Shown: positions 36,169 through 37,439 of the stretch, one piece after another
Layout of the letters: each line of letters opens with the position of its first letter
Numbering within the stretch: position 1 is the first letter of the stretch
DNA from: Utricularia gibba
Taxonomy: Eukaryota; Plantae; Magnoliophyta
Length of the DNA: 37,439 nt
Assembly: GCA_002189035.1 (NCBI GenBank)
Contig: NEEC01000108.1
Location: 1 to 37,439, forward strand
Direction: 5' to 3'
Made by a program: the position numbers and the translations under genes
Notes under the pieces: generated by a model
The model's database searches: none
Seen by the model: the letters and a program-made list of their open reading frames with translations, nothing else
What the model was told of the DNA's origin: nothing

Positions 36169-37439
36169 ATGGTGTTCTGGGTAGTATACGCAGCTCCGGC
36201 GACGGTAGTTAGTGTTTCAACTCTTGTTGTTGCCGTGCTTCTGATCCTACGGCGATGTCGTCGCCGAAGACGCGATAATTTCACAGAGTCTGATACGGAA
36301 AGAGGTCAGAATTTCACCCACGGAAATCATAGGCGGCTGCATCAGGTGACGCCGGAGCACGGGGTTGGTGGTAGGAAAGCCGGGGGTCTGGGGTTTTCGG
36401 CGTTCAGGTGGGATGATCATCCTGCTTTGGTTACCGATGCAATCGAAAATGGATGGTCAAGATTTGCTTTCACCGTCTTCGCGTCGTCGCCTTTGAGAAC
36501 TTCGAAAGCACTTGCTGGAAACTTTACCGGCGACCAGCCCGGCGTCGCGATTGGATGGGAAGTTTGTGAAGGATCATCGGGATATATGCAGAAAATTCAA
36601 CTGAATCCCACGGGAGAAACCACGATGAACTCCAGTTGTTCAGCTTTCTCCGTCATCAGAACGACGTTGCCTTTGCCCGGTCCCAACATCGGCCACGCGT
36701 TTCCTCAGGAAGCTTATTTCGAGATCACTGTGCTCAGCTTCAAGAAACACGGCGGTTCTGAACACGGATTCTCGCCGACAAAGAACGGGGAACTTGAGGG
36801 AGATAAAGTCAACCTAATTACCTTGGACTTCAACTCCAAAATTGGCCCCGAGACTCTAAACCTTGCAACCGGCAAAATTGAAGACGTTGCTTCAGTTTCC
36901 GTCGGCCTAAGCGGCGGAGGACCTCTTCCGATCAAAACTCCGGGACTTATCCCGGATCAATCGGATTCGATTCAAGCGGTTACGTGTATCTAGGTCAGAT
37001 TTCATCCCCGGTAAAAACTAGAAAACCGTGTGGCATAGATCGATTAATCTGTATTTGGATCTCCAGGAGGCAAACTCTTCGAGTCGCCTGAAAAATCCGA
37101 TTGGAAAACAAACGGAAAGGTAGTCGGCTGCGGTTTCAATCCGGCGCAGAGAAAGGTTTTTTTCACCGTCGACGGCAGACTAGTGCACGAAATCTTCTGT
37201 AAAGCGGAGGAATTCGCCGCACCGCTTTACCCGACGCTAGCAGCGCACGCCGAAGTCACGGTGCTGGTGAATCTCGGCCAGCGCAACTTCAATTACAATC
37301 TGGCCAATATCTGGAGAAATAAGAATCCGTGCGCCGTAAGGACGCCTGAAACCTCGCCGGCAATTGAGTACGAAGACAGCCGGGAGCTTTTCTCTATAAG
37401 ACGAATCGACTCCGATTGGTGGATGCGGCGGTGCCCCGC
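36169..37439 (+). CDS. N-terminally anchored SPRY/B30.2-domain protein. Intron 36994-37066, frameshift at 36942-36944, runs off the window end
   Basis: Hydrophobic N-terminus then RRCRRRRR; FRWDDHPALVTDAIENGWSRFAF; FPQEAYFEITV; after adding one G, PGTYPGSIGFDSSG.VYL|; then VVGCGFNP..VFFTVDG..LYPTLAA..VLVNLGQ and EDSRELFSI.RIDS. Confidence 0.85.

Noticed and set aside
19977-37439. Calling the subtilase, RING E3, PABP and SPRY genes pseudogenes
   Set aside because: Every break is one missing base in a G/C run, with all motifs and splice sites intact. Annotated as CDS with probable sequence errors.
1-37439. Many 60-180 aa ORFs in the ORF track (e.g. 26551-27099, 33531-34022, 21894-22379, 4608-4826, 35482-35817)
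   Set aside because: They are antisense or alternate-frame shadows of real exons, intron read-through, or low-complexity AT/CT-rich sequence, often with non-ATG starts and no recognisable motifs.

Overview
Gene-dense angiosperm nuclear DNA with 13 intron-containing or single-exon housekeeping/signalling genes in 37.4 kb, separated by very AT-rich spacers. I found no coding transposon, tRNA, rRNA or recognisable miRNA. In order: CTC1-like (5' part outside window), CRLC-motif thioredoxin-like, MIZ1-like/DUF617, patatin (pPLAII), DPH4, CGSC thioredoxin-like 4, COQ10-like, RID3/IPI3-like WD40, subtilase (SBT1.9-like), RLCK-V-like kinase, MBR-like RING-H2 E3, class II PABP, and a TM-SPRY protein (3' end outside window). 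The strongest cross-cutting signal is about 12 frameshifts in 5 otherwise intact genes. The seven best-resolved are 1-nt-short G/C homopolymers, which points to long-read consensus errors rather than pseudogenes. The best candidates for something undescribed are modest: a GC-richer island at 23340-23620 (USE-like TCCCACATC, TATA-like box, perfect 9-bp hairpin, G-quadruplex motif), a 64-nt U-poor intron in the MIZ1-like gene, orphan promoter modules, and an A-rich PABP leader. I cannot support a claim of a wholly new system from the sequence alone. All gene identities come from my recall of family motifs, not from database searches.
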